A program made the translations under genes and the position numbers. From Sulfurimonas sp. (GTDB taxonomy: Bacteria > Campylobacterota > Campylobacteria > Campylobacterales > Sulfurimonadaceae), in contig JAKISX010000002.1 in NCBI GenBank assembly GCA_021648405.1, forward strand, positions 3,925 to 67,924: 64,000 nt of DNA, given 5' to 3'. The notes below the pieces were generated by a model. The model had not been told where the DNA came from. It saw nothing but the letters and a program-made list of their open reading frames with translations, and did not search any database. This document shows, one piece after another, positions 42,079-51,381 of this stretch; the first letter of the stretch is position 1, and every line of letters begins with the position of its first letter.

Positions 42079-42537
42079 TTATCTTTTAGATAGATTAATA
42101 AAATAATTACCTTTTTTAGCATCTTTATTAACACCGTTTCCAGTTAAAAAAAGCATACCTAGGTTATATTGAGCTGTTTTGCCCTCTTTATTTATTGCTT
42201 CTTCAAATAGTCTGATTGCTTCTAAATCTTCTTTGCTATCACTCATATTTTTATAGTAAGTGAGAGCTATAGTTATTAGTACAGTCTCATCATTTTGATT
42301 AAATGTTTTTGCAAGCAAAACGGCTGCTTTTTTATTATCTTTAGCTATATCTTCTCCTCTTAAGTAAAGAAGCCCTAGCATAAATTGCGATGCTAACTCA
42401 TTTTCATTAGAGCCTTTTTCCCAAAAACTAACTGCTTTAATGATGTCATCTTCTTCATAAGCCTCATCCCCTTTTTCATAATAGTTTGCTTGTAGCGCTA
42501 GAGTTAATAACATAATACTTAAAAAACATTTAAACAT
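42079..42537 (-). CDS. Secreted Sel1/TPR-repeat protein
   Basis: Signal peptide, SQFMLGLLYLRGEDIAKD, AQYNLGMLFLTGNGVNKD. Confidence 0.85.
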   Translation of the reverse strand: MFKCFLSIMLLTLALQANYYEKGDEAYEEDDIIKAVSFWEKGSNENELASQFMLGLLYLRGEDIAKDNKKAAVLLAKTFNQNDETVLITIALTYYKNMSDSKEDLEAIRLFEEAINKEGKTAQYNLGMLFLTGNGVNKDAKKGNYFINLSKR

Positions 42538-42607
42538 TTATCTCCTTTTTTTATGTTGCATATTATATACAAAGTTTAATAACTAATTGCTCAGATAGTT
42601 CAATTAT

Positions 42608-43267
42608 TTATTTATGAAAATTTCCACCAATCTGTATATATACTAGTAAATTAGCTATGCTAGATGCACGGTCAGCTATCTTTCCACTTTTTCTTAATGC
42701 CTTAAGCATTCTATAAAATTTTTCAAACTCATCTAGTTCTTTTGCAAGATTATGTAGATTTGCCTCAACCATTTCGTATAAATCATCAGTTTTACTCTCT
42801 TCTATTAAAACATCATTATAACACTCTTGAAGCTCATCTGAATCGTTAATATTTATCATATTAATGGTTGTCTTGATAGCTTTTACTGTAGAGGTTTGCA
42901 TTGGTAATGCATACTCTTTTATTGTGTTTGTATCTACATCTGTACATACATCTGTAAAATCTTTGATGAAGCTTCTTGTGTTTGAGCATGCACGAGATAA
43001 TTCATTTGTCATTTTCATATATGCAACAACGCGTCTTAAATCTCTTGCTTCTGGAGTATATAGTGCTAAAACTTTTATGATTTCATTATCAATTTCATCA
43101 GTTTTAGAACTTATATTTTTTATGAAACTTTTAGCTTCATTAAATTTAGCAACATCACAATCTTTTAATGCTTCTAAAATTAATTCATTCGCACTTAGCA
43201 AACCATTTCCAATACTTGAAACTTTATTTTTAATATTCTCTAAAGAGTTTGTAAAATTTTGTAACAT
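42608..43267 (-). CDS. phoU: PhoU-family phosphate uptake regulator
   Basis: PEARDLR, DDLYE, KIADRASSIA; immediately after pstB. Confidence 0.85.
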   Translation of the reverse strand: MLQNFTNSLENIKNKVSSIGNGLLSANELILEALKDCDVAKFNEAKSFIKNISSKTDEIDNEIIKVLALYTPEARDLRRVVAYMKMTNELSRACSNTRSFIKDFTDVCTDVDTNTIKEYALPMQTSTVKAIKTTINMININDSDELQECYNDVLIEESKTDDLYEMVEANLHNLAKELDEFEKFYRMLKALRKSGKIADRASSIANLLVYIQIGGNFHK

Positions 43268-44049
43268 TAACCGAATCTCCCTGTTATATAATCTTCTGTT
43301 TGCTTCTCTTTAGGATTTAAAAAGATATTTTCAGTTTTATCAAACTCTATTAAATCTCCTAAATACATAAACGCAGTATGGTCGCTGATGCGAGATGCTT
43401 GTTGCATATTATGTGTAACAATAGCAATACTTACATCTTTTTTTAATTCAACTAAAAGCTCTTCAATTGCACCTGTTGAAATTGGATCAAGTGCTGAAGT
43501 TGGCTCATCAAAAAGTATAACCTCTGGTTTAACAGCAACAGCCCTTGCTATACAAAGTCGTTGCTGTTGACCACCTGAAAGACCCATTGCTGATTTGCTA
43601 AGTCTATCTTGAACCTCTTTCCAAAGCACGCTATCTTTTAAAGCTTGCTCAACTCTTCCCTCAAGTTCAGATTTATCTTTAATTCCAGCTATTTTAAGCC
43701 CATAAGCTACATTATCAAATATGCTCATTGGAAATGGTGTTGGTTTTTGAAAAATCATCCCTACTTTTTGACGAAGCTCTATAAATTCATTTTCTTTTTT
43801 TATATCTAATATATTTTGCATCTCATTTGTATCTGTATTAAATAGTTCAATAATCCCATCATATTTGTTTCCAGGGTACAGATCGTGAATACGGTTCATA
43901 CTTCTTAAAAGAGTTGACTTACCACATCCACTTGGACCAATGAGTGCAGTAATTTTATTTTTTCTTATTTTCATATTTATATTTTTAAGTGATGGAGAAT
44001 CAACTCCTGGATAGGTAAATGAAAAATCTTTTATATTCATAACTGGCAT
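43267..44049 (-). CDS. pstB: Phosphate ABC ATPase
   Basis: [43 protein letters not shown]. Confidence 0.96.
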   Translation of the reverse strand: MPVMNIKDFSFTYPGVDSPSLKNINMKIRKNKITALIGPSGCGKSTLLRSMNRIHDLYPGNKYDGIIELFNTDTNEMQNILDIKKENEFIELRQKVGMIFQKPTPFPMSIFDNVAYGLKIAGIKDKSELEGRVEQALKDSVLWKEVQDRLSKSAMGLSGGQQQRLCIARAVAVKPEVILFDEPTSALDPISTGAIEELLVELKKDVSIAIVTHNMQQASRISDHTAFMYLGDLIEFDKTENIFLNPKEKQTEDYITGRFG

Positions 44050-44060
44050 ATTAAAATCCC

Positions 44061-44867
44061 TTATCTTTTTTTATTTCTTGTAATAAATCTTCCAGCTAGG
44101 TTAATTGTTAAAACCAAAACTGTAAGTATAAACGAAGCAGCCCAAGCTAAATCACGGCTAGACTCTTCAGGCTCATTCGCTAAATCGTAAATACTAACTG
44201 TAAGTGATGGAAAGCTCTCAGTTAAATCAAGACTAAAATAATTTGAAGTCTCAGATGTAAAAAGTAATGGTGCTGTTTCTCCAATTATACGAGCAAATGC
44301 AAGTAAAATACCAGTCATAATTCCAACCTTAGCAGCCTTTATAACAATGTCAACTATTACTTTATATTTTGAAGCACCTAGTGCTATCCCAGCTTCACGA
44401 AGTTCTTTTGGAACTAATGAGAGCATATTGTCAGTTGTACTTATTACAATTGGTAACATCATTATAGCTAAAGCAATAGCTCCAGCAAATCCACTAGTGC
44501 CCCCAGTTGGTACAACGATAATCGCATAAACAAATGCACCAATAACTATTGATGGTGCTGACATCATTATATCACTAAGGTTACGAATAACTTCAGCATA
44601 TTTTCCACGACCATATTCTTGTATATATATTCCTGCAGCCATACCTAAAGGGATACCAATTGTTGCAGCAATTCCTGCTAAAATAAATTGACCAACAATT
44701 AAATTTCTCAATCCACCATCAATCAAATCATTTAAAAATAAAGAGAGGTGAAACGAACCAAGACCTTTCATAAATAGTGTGATTAAAATCCAACCTAAAA
44801 ATGCAAGACCAATTAATGCAGATAAAGTTGAAAGACCTAAAACGATTTTATTTATGATTAAACGCAT
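44061..44867 (-). CDS. pstA: Phosphate ABC permease PstA
   Basis: [29 protein letters not shown]. Confidence 0.94.
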   Translation of the reverse strand: MRLIINKIVLGLSTLSALIGLAFLGWILITLFMKGLGSFHLSLFLNDLIDGGLRNLIVGQFILAGIAATIGIPLGMAAGIYIQEYGRGKYAEVIRNLSDIMMSAPSIVIGAFVYAIIVVPTGGTSGFAGAIALAIMMLPIVISTTDNMLSLVPKELREAGIALGASKYKVIVDIVIKAAKVGIMTGILLAFARIIGETAPLLFTSETSNYFSLDLTESFPSLTVSIYDLANEPEESSRDLAWAASFILTVLVLTINLAGRFITRNKKR

Positions 44868-45862
44868 TATCTAGCACCTTTTAAGAAGTATAGTTTTGCA
44901 AAAGATATAACCCCAAAGCTTATTACAAAGAGAATAAGCGCTAGATAAAATAATGAACTCTCGCCAAGACCACTAGCTTCACCAAAGTTATTTGCCATTG
45001 CAACAGGGATAGAAATTGTTGGAGAATTTATTGCAGTTGGAAGTGCAAAAATCGAACCTATTAAAAATGCAACAGCCATAGTTTCACCAAGAGCACGACC
45101 AAGTGCTAATATAATAGAACCAATTATTCCAACTTTAGAATATGGAAAAATTATATCTTTTATAACTTCAAATTTTGTAGCACCCATTGCATATGCTGAT
45201 TCTTTAAGTACATCCGGAGTTGTGTTCATGCTATCTCTTGTAATTGCAGCCATAAAAGGGAGAATCATAATACCCAAAACGAGCCCAGCTGTTAAAAGTG
45301 AAACTTGATAACCACCAACTAAATCAGCAACGATAGGGGCAAAATAATATAATCCCCACATACCAAATATAATACTAGGAATTGCAGCTAAAAGCTCAAT
45401 GGCAACACTGATAGGAGCTGCTATATTTTTAGGTGCAATTTCTGCTAAGAAAACAGCAATCCCCATAGCTATTGGAAGCGCAAATATTAGTGCGATAAGT
45501 GTAGTTAAAAGTGTTCCAACTATTGGAACAAGAGCACCATAATCTGTAAATGTTTTTTTTATACTATCATCAAATAGCATATCATCTTCGTCTAAAATGG
45601 CATCATCTTCGTCCAAAATCATATCATCTTCATCGTCTGCTAGGAAATCATCCTCTAAACTAAAATCTTGGGCACTTTGGCTAGATTTATCAGTAGCATC
45701 TATGCTTACTTCCTTATTCCAATTTGGATTTGTAATAAATCCAATTCCAAATTCGTTTATGGCATCTTTTGAAGCTAAAAATAGAGTTATAAAGATACCA
45801 AGAAGAATGATAAATACAAGTGAAGCACTTGATAATGAAAGATTACGAAAGATTTTTTCCAT
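44867..45862 (-). CDS. pstC: Phosphate ABC permease PstC with acidic repeat loop
   Basis: ELLAAIPSIIFGMWG, LGRALGETMAV, IPVAMANNFGEA. Confidence 0.94.
   Translation of the reverse strand: MEKIFRNLSLSSASLVFIILLGIFITLFLASKDAINEFGIGFITNPNWNKEVSIDATDKSSQSAQDFSLEDDFLADDEDDMILDEDDAILDEDDMLFDDSIKKTFTDYGALVPIVGTLLTTLIALIFALPIAMGIAVFLAEIAPKNIAAPISVAIELLAAIPSIIFGMWGLYYFAPIVADLVGGYQVSLLTAGLVLGIMILPFMAAITRDSMNTTPDVLKESAYAMGATKFEVIKDIIFPYSKVGIIGSIILALGRALGETMAVAFLIGSIFALPTAINSPTISIPVAMANNFGEASGLGESSLFYLALILFVISFGVISFAKLYFLKGAR
45581..45631. repeat. 21-bp tandem repeat (~2.5 units) inside pstC
   Basis: ATCATCTTCGTCTAAAATGGC / ATCATCTTCGTCCAAAATCAT / ATCATCTTC, encoding DEDDMIL-DEDDAIL-DEDDML. Confidence 0.8.
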
Positions 45863-45903
45863 ATTTATTCCCCTTAAATTAGTTTGGAATTATATGAAAA
45901 TTT

Positions 45904-45921
45904 GATTACATCTCGGTTACA
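45904..45921 (-). promoter_or_regulatory. Putative Pho box of the pstC promoter
   Basis: Minus strand TGTAACC-gaga-TGTAATC, 9 nt, TATAAT. Confidence 0.75.
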
Positions 45922-45970
45922 AAATTATAAAAGCATGCCAAACAGGAGAGAATGGCAGCTCTTACCTGAT

Positions 45971-46975
45971 TTACTTGATACCTTTAGCATCCCAGTAAGT
46001 TTCGATTTTTGTAATTAAACTTTTTGGCAATGGAACAAAACCTAAATCTTTTGCTATCTCTTGACCATCAGAGTAACACCAACGATAGAATTTAGTTACA
46101 TCTTTGTTAGCTTGTGGCTTTTCAGAGGGAACAAGGATAAATGTAGCTGCTAATATTGGATATGAATCAGCACCACTTGGATCTGCTATGATTGCATAAA
46201 AATCTTTTTTAGGGTCAAGTTTAGCTTTTGAAGCAGCAATTTGAAATGATTTAAGTGTTGGTTTTATATAGTTACCAGCTTTGTTTTGAATAGCTGCCAT
46301 TTTAATATCATTATTTTTAGCATCAGCATAGTCGATATATCCAACAGAATAAGTAGTTTGTTTAAGTAAGGCTGCTACACCAGAATTTGTTTTTCCACCA
46401 ATATGTTGATCGCCTGGCCAGCTTAGAGATTTTTTAGCGCCATATGCTTTTCTCCACCCTTTACTTACTTTACTTAGAAAATATGTAAAGTTATAAGTAG
46501 TTCCACTTCCATCAGCACGGTGTACAAATGTTAGAGCTTTATGCGGTAGTTTAATATTTGGATTTGCTTCAGCTATAACTTTATCATCCCAAAATTTTAC
46601 TTTACCAGCAGCAATGGCAACAATAGCTTTACGAGAAAGCTTTAAATCTTTTACCTCTGGGAGGTTGTATCCCATAGTGATAGCACCAACAACAGCAGGA
46701 AACTGGTAAAGACCAGCAGCTTTTAAAGCTCTAGGGCTTAATGGTTTATCGGTCCCAGCAAAATCAACAGCTCTTGCTTTTGCGTCTTTAATCCCTTTTG
46801 ATGATCCTTTTTTAATATAATCTATTTTTATACCAGTCTCTTTATTATAAGCCTTAATCCATTTTTGATATACACTATATGGAAAAGAAGCTCCACTTCC
46901 TTTTATAATTTCACTCGCATATATAGTAGTAGCAGCTAATGTACTTACTAATGCTGTTATTAATATTTTTTTCAT
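45971..46975 (-). CDS. pstS: Phosphate-binding protein
   Basis: GSGASFP, GSSKG, DFAGTD, HRADGSGTT, YPI. Confidence 0.95.
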   Translation of the reverse strand: MKKILITALVSTLAATTIYASEIIKGSGASFPYSVYQKWIKAYNKETGIKIDYIKKGSSKGIKDAKARAVDFAGTDKPLSPRALKAAGLYQFPAVVGAITMGYNLPEVKDLKLSRKAIVAIAAGKVKFWDDKVIAEANPNIKLPHKALTFVHRADGSGTTYNFTYFLSKVSKGWRKAYGAKKSLSWPGDQHIGGKTNSGVAALLKQTTYSVGYIDYADAKNNDIKMAAIQNKAGNYIKPTLKSFQIAASKAKLDPKKDFYAIIADPSGADSYPILAATFILVPSEKPQANKDVTKFYRWCYSDGQEIAKDLGFVPLPKSLITKIETYWDAKGIK

Positions 46976-47025
46976 CTTGTTTCCTTGTTTACAAATTTTA
47001 AGATGTTGAAAGTATAAAGAATCTT

Positions 47026-47043
47026 GGTTTCAAGTTGGTTACA
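47026..47043 (-). promoter_or_regulatory. Putative Pho box of the pstS promoter
   Basis: Minus strand TGTAACC-aact-TGAAACC, 9 nt, TATACT. Confidence 0.75.
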
Positions 47044-47056
47044 GTTAATTTATTTT

Positions 47057-47074
47057 TGTAATCAGGTTGTAATA
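47057..47074 (+). promoter_or_regulatory. Putative Pho box of the porin promoter
   Basis: TGTAATC-aggt-TGTAATA, 9 nt, TATACT (47084-47089). Confidence 0.75.
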
Positions 47075-47118
47075 ATTATATTATATACTTACGCCATCAA
47101 AAAACAAGGGAAAAAAAT

Positions 47119-48237
47119 ATGAAAAAAATCATTCTATCAGGTTTAGTGGCTTTAGCTTTATCAACAACAGCAGTAGCTGGCGAAACAACTCCAGCGTTTG
47201 CCAAAGCTGACAAATTGAAATTTAGTGGTACTCATTATTTAGGTTACACAAATAAAAGTGTTGATGGTGGAGATACTACAGGTAGCTTTGAGATGCGTCG
47301 TAACTATGTACAAGTTAAAGCATACTTACTTCAAGACCCTAAAGATTATCTTCGTGTCACTTTAGATGCTACTTATGATGGTAGCGGTAAAGCATCTGTT
47401 TATGTAAAGTATGCTTATCTTTATTTAAATGATATTCTTCCTAGTACTGGTGTTGAAATAGGTATGGTTCACAGACCTTGGGTTGATTATGAATCGTATC
47501 AAGGATGGTACATGCGTTCAATAAGCAAAGTTTTTGCAGAAGCAAAAGAATCTTCAGCACTTACTGGCTCTGCTGACTTAGGTGTTAACTTCAAAACAAA
47601 AACTCCTTATTTTACATCTGAAGTTGGTGTATTCAATGGTGAGGGTTATAAAGGTGACAGTACAACTGAATCTATCGGAACCGGAATGTCTCTTGAGTGG
47701 AGAGCGACAGTAGCAGCACTTGGAAATGGCGAGAAAAAAAGAAAAGCTACTAAAGATACTTATTTAGATGCATCATTCTTTGGTCAGTACAATATGGATA
47801 ATGCTGCTAATGGGTCAGATACAAATGGTGACGGGATTAAAGATACTGCTAATACATATGCTTTTTATGGTATTCATACAGTATATAATACTCCATTATT
47901 TTTAATCGCTGCTCAGTATATAACAGCTAAAAATGATTATGAGGGAACAAGCAAATATAATGGTGATGGTTATTCTGTAAATACTACATTTCGTTTTGGT
48001 GAGAAAAAACAATACTCTGTAATAGGTCGTTTTGATGTATGGACATCAGAAAAAGACTCAACAGGTGTTGAACAAACTACAAATAATGCAATTTACGGTG
48101 TAGCATGGAAGCAAAATAAAAATGTTAAATGGTTAGTATCTGGACAAAATTATGTAGCTAAAGATGATAGAAAATATGATGGTACAACTGCTTACGATTG
48201 GTCTTCTGTAATGGTAACTGCTGAGGTAAAATGGTAA
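47119..48237 (+). CDS. Outer-membrane porin, probably phosphate-selective (OprO/P-like)
   Basis: Signal peptide, FEMRRNYVQVK, YVKYAYL, GVFNGEG, terminal EVKW; divergent from pstS. Confidence 0.75.
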   Translation: MKKIILSGLVALALSTTAVAGETTPAFAKADKLKFSGTHYLGYTNKSVDGGDTTGSFEMRRNYVQVKAYLLQDPKDYLRVTLDATYDGSGKASVYVKYAYLYLNDILPSTGVEIGMVHRPWVDYESYQGWYMRSISKVFAEAKESSALTGSADLGVNFKTKTPYFTSEVGVFNGEGYKGDSTTESIGTGMSLEWRATVAALGNGEKKRKATKDTYLDASFFGQYNMDNAANGSDTNGDGIKDTANTYAFYGIHTVYNTPLFLIAAQYITAKNDYEGTSKYNGDGYSVNTTFRFGEKKQYSVIGRFDVWTSEKDSTGVEQTTNNAIYGVAWKQNKNVKWLVSGQNYVAKDDRKYDGTTAYDWSSVMVTAEVKW

Positions 48238-48261
48238 AAACAAAAAATTTATATTCTCCTA

Positions 48262-48287
48262 GCAAAGCCTAATTACATAGGCTTTGC
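48262..48287 (+). terminator. Hairpin after the porin gene
   Basis: GCAAAGCCTA-attaca-TAGGCTTTGC; no clear U-tract. Confidence 0.55.
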
Positions 48288-48373
48288 GCCTGTAACCTAC
48301 ATGCTATCATTAACAAATAACAAGATTAATACAATATAAACATCATTTTAGATAAAATATCAATAATTTTTAA

Positions 48374-48512
48374 TAGACTTCTTGCAAAGCTTAGATCCTG
48401 AATCAAGTTCAGGATGACAAAAGCTCTAATGTTCAGGATGACAAAAGCTCTAGCGCTCCGTCATTCCAAACTTGATTTGGAATCTAGTTTATTTAGTTAT
48501 GAAAGAAGTCTA
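48374..48512. repeat. Composite MITE/REPIN-like element upstream of ilvE
   Basis: Outer IR TAGACTTCTT...AAGAAGTCTA enclosing inverted 27-nt palindromes (48392-48418, 48460-48486) and a 22-nt direct duplication (48407-48428, 48431-48452). Confidence 0.85.
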
Positions 48513-48535
48513 ATATATAAATTTATGGAGAGAAA

Positions 48536-49456
48536 ATGGACGCAGCCAAGTATATTTGGATGAATGGAGAGTTTATAGCATGGGATGATGCTAAAATTCA
48601 TGTTCTTTCACACACATTACATTATGGAAATGGTGTAATAGAGGGAACAAAAGCTTATAAAACAAAAAAAGGCTACGCTATTTTTCGCCTAAATGAGCAT
48701 ACACAAAGACTTAAAGAATCTGCTAAGATGACTTTGATTGATATCCCTTATAGTGTTGAGGAGATGAATCAAGCTCAAATAGAGCTAATAAGAAAAAATG
48801 AATTTACTGGCGATAATGTTTATCTTAGACCTTTTGCATTTTTAGGTTACGGAGTTATGGGAGTTTATCATAAAGATGCTCCAGTTGAAACCGTAATGAG
48901 CGCTTGGGAATGGGGTGCTTATCTTGGTGAAGAGGGTTTGCGCAAAGGGATTAAACTTAAAATTGCTTCAATGACAAGACCAGCTAATACTTCAAATATG
49001 GGCAAGGCAAAAGCTACTGCAAACTATTTGAACTCACAAATGGCAAAATATGAAGCAATTGACTGCGGTTATGATGAAGCACTTCTTTTAGATGACCAAG
49101 GTTATGTAGCAGAAGCTAGTGGAGCATGTTTTTTCATGATTAAAAATGGAGAGCTTATCACTCCCCCAAACGATAATTCTTTAGCATCTATTACTCAAAA
49201 AATGGTTATTGAGATGGCAGAAGATTTTGGCATAAAAGTTACACGAAGAAGAATTACAAGAGAGGAAGTATATGTAGCAGATGAAGCGTTTTTAACAGGA
49301 ACAGCCGCGGAAATAACACCTGTAGCAATGGTTGATGCAAGAAATATTGGTTGTGGTTCGCGTGGTGAGATTACTGAAAAAATTCAGTCAACTTATTTTG
49401 ATATAGTTTTTGGTCGTAACAAACAGTACGAGCATTACTTGACTTATATAGATTAG
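48536..49456 (+). CDS. ilvE: Branched-chain amino acid aminotransferase
   Basis: LHYGNGVIEG, YLRP, KATANY, GYDEALLLD, EAFLTGTAAEITP. Confidence 0.96.
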   Translation: MDAAKYIWMNGEFIAWDDAKIHVLSHTLHYGNGVIEGTKAYKTKKGYAIFRLNEHTQRLKESAKMTLIDIPYSVEEMNQAQIELIRKNEFTGDNVYLRPFAFLGYGVMGVYHKDAPVETVMSAWEWGAYLGEEGLRKGIKLKIASMTRPANTSNMGKAKATANYLNSQMAKYEAIDCGYDEALLLDDQGYVAEASGACFFMIKNGELITPPNDNSLASITQKMVIEMAEDFGIKVTRRRITREEVYVADEAFLTGTAAEITPVAMVDARNIGCGSRGEITEKIQSTYFDIVFGRNKQYEHYLTYID

Positions 49457-49520
49457 ATTCTGAATCAAGTTCAGAATGACGATTTAGAGTTTTGTCATTT
49501 CGTGCTTGACACGGAATCTA
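49454..49520. repeat. Inverted doublet of 27-nt REP-like palindromes overlapping the ilvE stop
   Basis: TAGATTCTGAATCAAGTTCAGAATGAC, 13 nt, GTCATTTCGTGCTTGACACGGAATCTA. Confidence 0.88.
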
Positions 49521-49547
49521 ATAAACAAAACAAAAGGAACATAAATA

Positions 49548-50666
49548 ATGAAGGAAAATATAAAAATGGCATCAGATATGAACGATTATTTTAATAAAAA
49601 GAAATCCCAAGGCAGTGGTAATAACCGAGGTCCTAGTGGAGGTTCTGGCGGTGGCGGAGGTGGAGGTAAAGGCCCTCAATTTCCTAAAATAGACTTTGAT
49701 ATGAGTGGTAAAAAAGGTATAATTTATTTTATAATTGCTCTTATTATTTTACTTGCTCTTGCGAAACCTTTTACAATTATTCAAGAGGGTGAGCGTGGAA
49801 TTTTAAGCACTAACGGTAAGTATCAAGACCAAGCATTACTTCCAGGTCTTCATTTTATAATCCCTGTTATTCAAAAAGTTTATGTAGTTGATACAAAAGT
49901 TCGTATTATTAACTATGCTTCTCGTATAGAAGCAACGAGTGGTTCACAATCTGGTATCAAAGCAAAACCAGCTATCACAGTTCTTGATAAGCGTGGACTT
50001 CCTGTAACGATTGAGCTTACTGTTCAGTATAGATTAAATTCTCAGTTTGCAGCACAAACAATCTCTAATTGGGGATTTTCTTGGGAAGATAAAATTATCA
50101 ATCCTGTTGTTCGTGATGTTGTTCGTAATGTTGTTGGTAAGTATGATGCAGAATCACTTCCTCAACTTCGTAACAAGATTGCTACAGAGATTGATGAGGG
50201 TGTTAGAAAGAGTGTAACTGGACTTAAAAATTCTCCAGCAGATTTACAGTCAGTTCAACTTCGTGAGATTGGTTTACCATCAAAAGTTAGAGAGCAAATA
50301 GAAAGAGTTCAAGTTGCAAAACAAGAGGTTCAAAGAGCTGAACAAGAGGTTCAAAAAGCTAAACAAGATGCATTAAAGCGTGCTGCAGAAGCTGAAGGTA
50401 TTGCTCAAAAGAAAAGAATTGAAGCACAAGGTATAGCTGATGCGGTAACAATAGAAGCAAAAGCAAATGCTCAAGCAAATAAAATTATTGCAGCATCTTT
50501 GACTACAAAACTTCTTAAGTTAGAGCAAATGAAAGTTCAAACTGAATTTAATAAAGCACTACAAACAAATAAAGATGCAAAAATATTCCTAACACCTGGT
50601 GGTTCAACTCCAAATATTTGGGTTGATATGAAAAATAATCATCAAACAAAAACTTCTATTAAGTAG
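49548..50666 (+). CDS. SPFH/prohibitin (band 7) family membrane protein
   Basis: Gly-rich N-terminus, TM, GERGIL, PGLHFIIP, AE-rich coiled coil; alternative start 49566. Confidence 0.9.
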   Translation: MKENIKMASDMNDYFNKKKSQGSGNNRGPSGGSGGGGGGGKGPQFPKIDFDMSGKKGIIYFIIALIILLALAKPFTIIQEGERGILSTNGKYQDQALLPGLHFIIPVIQKVYVVDTKVRIINYASRIEATSGSQSGIKAKPAITVLDKRGLPVTIELTVQYRLNSQFAAQTISNWGFSWEDKIINPVVRDVVRNVVGKYDAESLPQLRNKIATEIDEGVRKSVTGLKNSPADLQSVQLREIGLPSKVREQIERVQVAKQEVQRAEQEVQKAKQDALKRAAEAEGIAQKKRIEAQGIADAVTIEAKANAQANKIIAASLTTKLLKLEQMKVQTEFNKALQTNKDAKIFLTPGGSTPNIWVDMKNNHQTKTSIK

Positions 50667-50677
50667 TAAGTGAAAAT

Positions 50678-51364
50678 ATGCAAGATGCATTAAACAGAGT
50701 AGATTGGCAAAAGGTTGACCTTTTGCCAGTTATTGTTCAAGACAATACAAGTAACGAAGTTCTAATGATGGCTTATATGGATAAGCAAGCATTAGAGCTT
50801 TCACTTTGCACAAAAACAGCACACTATTTTTCACGAACAAAACAGCGTATTTGGAAAAAAGGTGAAAGTAGTGGACATATTCAAAAGATTCACTCTTTTA
50901 GTCTTGATTGTGATAATGATACTCTTTTGATAAAAGTAACTCAAGAGGGGGTAGCTTGTCATACGGGTCGAAAATCTTGTTTTTTTACAGAACTAGAATC
51001 TGGTAAAGTTAATTTAGAAGTTGAAGTAAATACGGAAGTTATGTATGGAGTTATAGATACGCTTTATCATACAATTTGTGAGCGTAAAAATGCAGATCCT
51101 AAGAGTTCATGGACAGCAAAACTATTTGCTAAAGGTGACAATACAATACTAAAAAAAGTAGTAGAAGAAGCTAGTGAATTTACATTTGCATATAAAGATG
51201 ATGATGAATCAGAGATGATTTATGAGGCAGCTGACTTAACTTACCACATGCTAGTAGCACTTGCACACAAAAATATCTCCCCTGATAGAATAAAACAAGA
51301 GTTAGCTCGAAGATTTAACATGAGTGGAGTTGCTGAGAAAGATTCAAGACAAGGTACTCCGTGA
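50678..51364 (+). CDS. hisIE: Bifunctional phosphoribosyl-AMP cyclohydrolase / phosphoribosyl-ATP diphosphatase
   Basis: WKKGESSGH, DCDNDTLL, ACHTGRKSCF, KKVVEEASE, EAADLTYH. Confidence 0.95.
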   Translation: MQDALNRVDWQKVDLLPVIVQDNTSNEVLMMAYMDKQALELSLCTKTAHYFSRTKQRIWKKGESSGHIQKIHSFSLDCDNDTLLIKVTQEGVACHTGRKSCFFTELESGKVNLEVEVNTEVMYGVIDTLYHTICERKNADPKSSWTAKLFAKGDNTILKKVVEEASEFTFAYKDDDESEMIYEAADLTYHMLVALAHKNISPDRIKQELARRFNMSGVAEKDSRQGTP

Positions 51365-51381
51365 AGGTGGGCAATTAAAAA

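Noticed and set aside
48392-48486. Repeated GTTCAGGATGACAAAAGCTCTA as a possible mini-CRISPR
   Set aside because: Only two copies with a 2-nt gap, no unique spacers and no cas genes; it is a local duplication within a REP-like doublet
48491-48520. ATTTAGTTATGAAA resembles one arm of the Helicobacter difH (XerH) site as I recall it
   Set aside because: No matching second arm, and the sequence overlaps the outer inverted repeat of the composite element
49610-49675. GGN-rich stretch in the SPFH gene
   Set aside because: Ordinary glycine-rich low-complexity N-terminus seen in HflK/SPFH-type proteins
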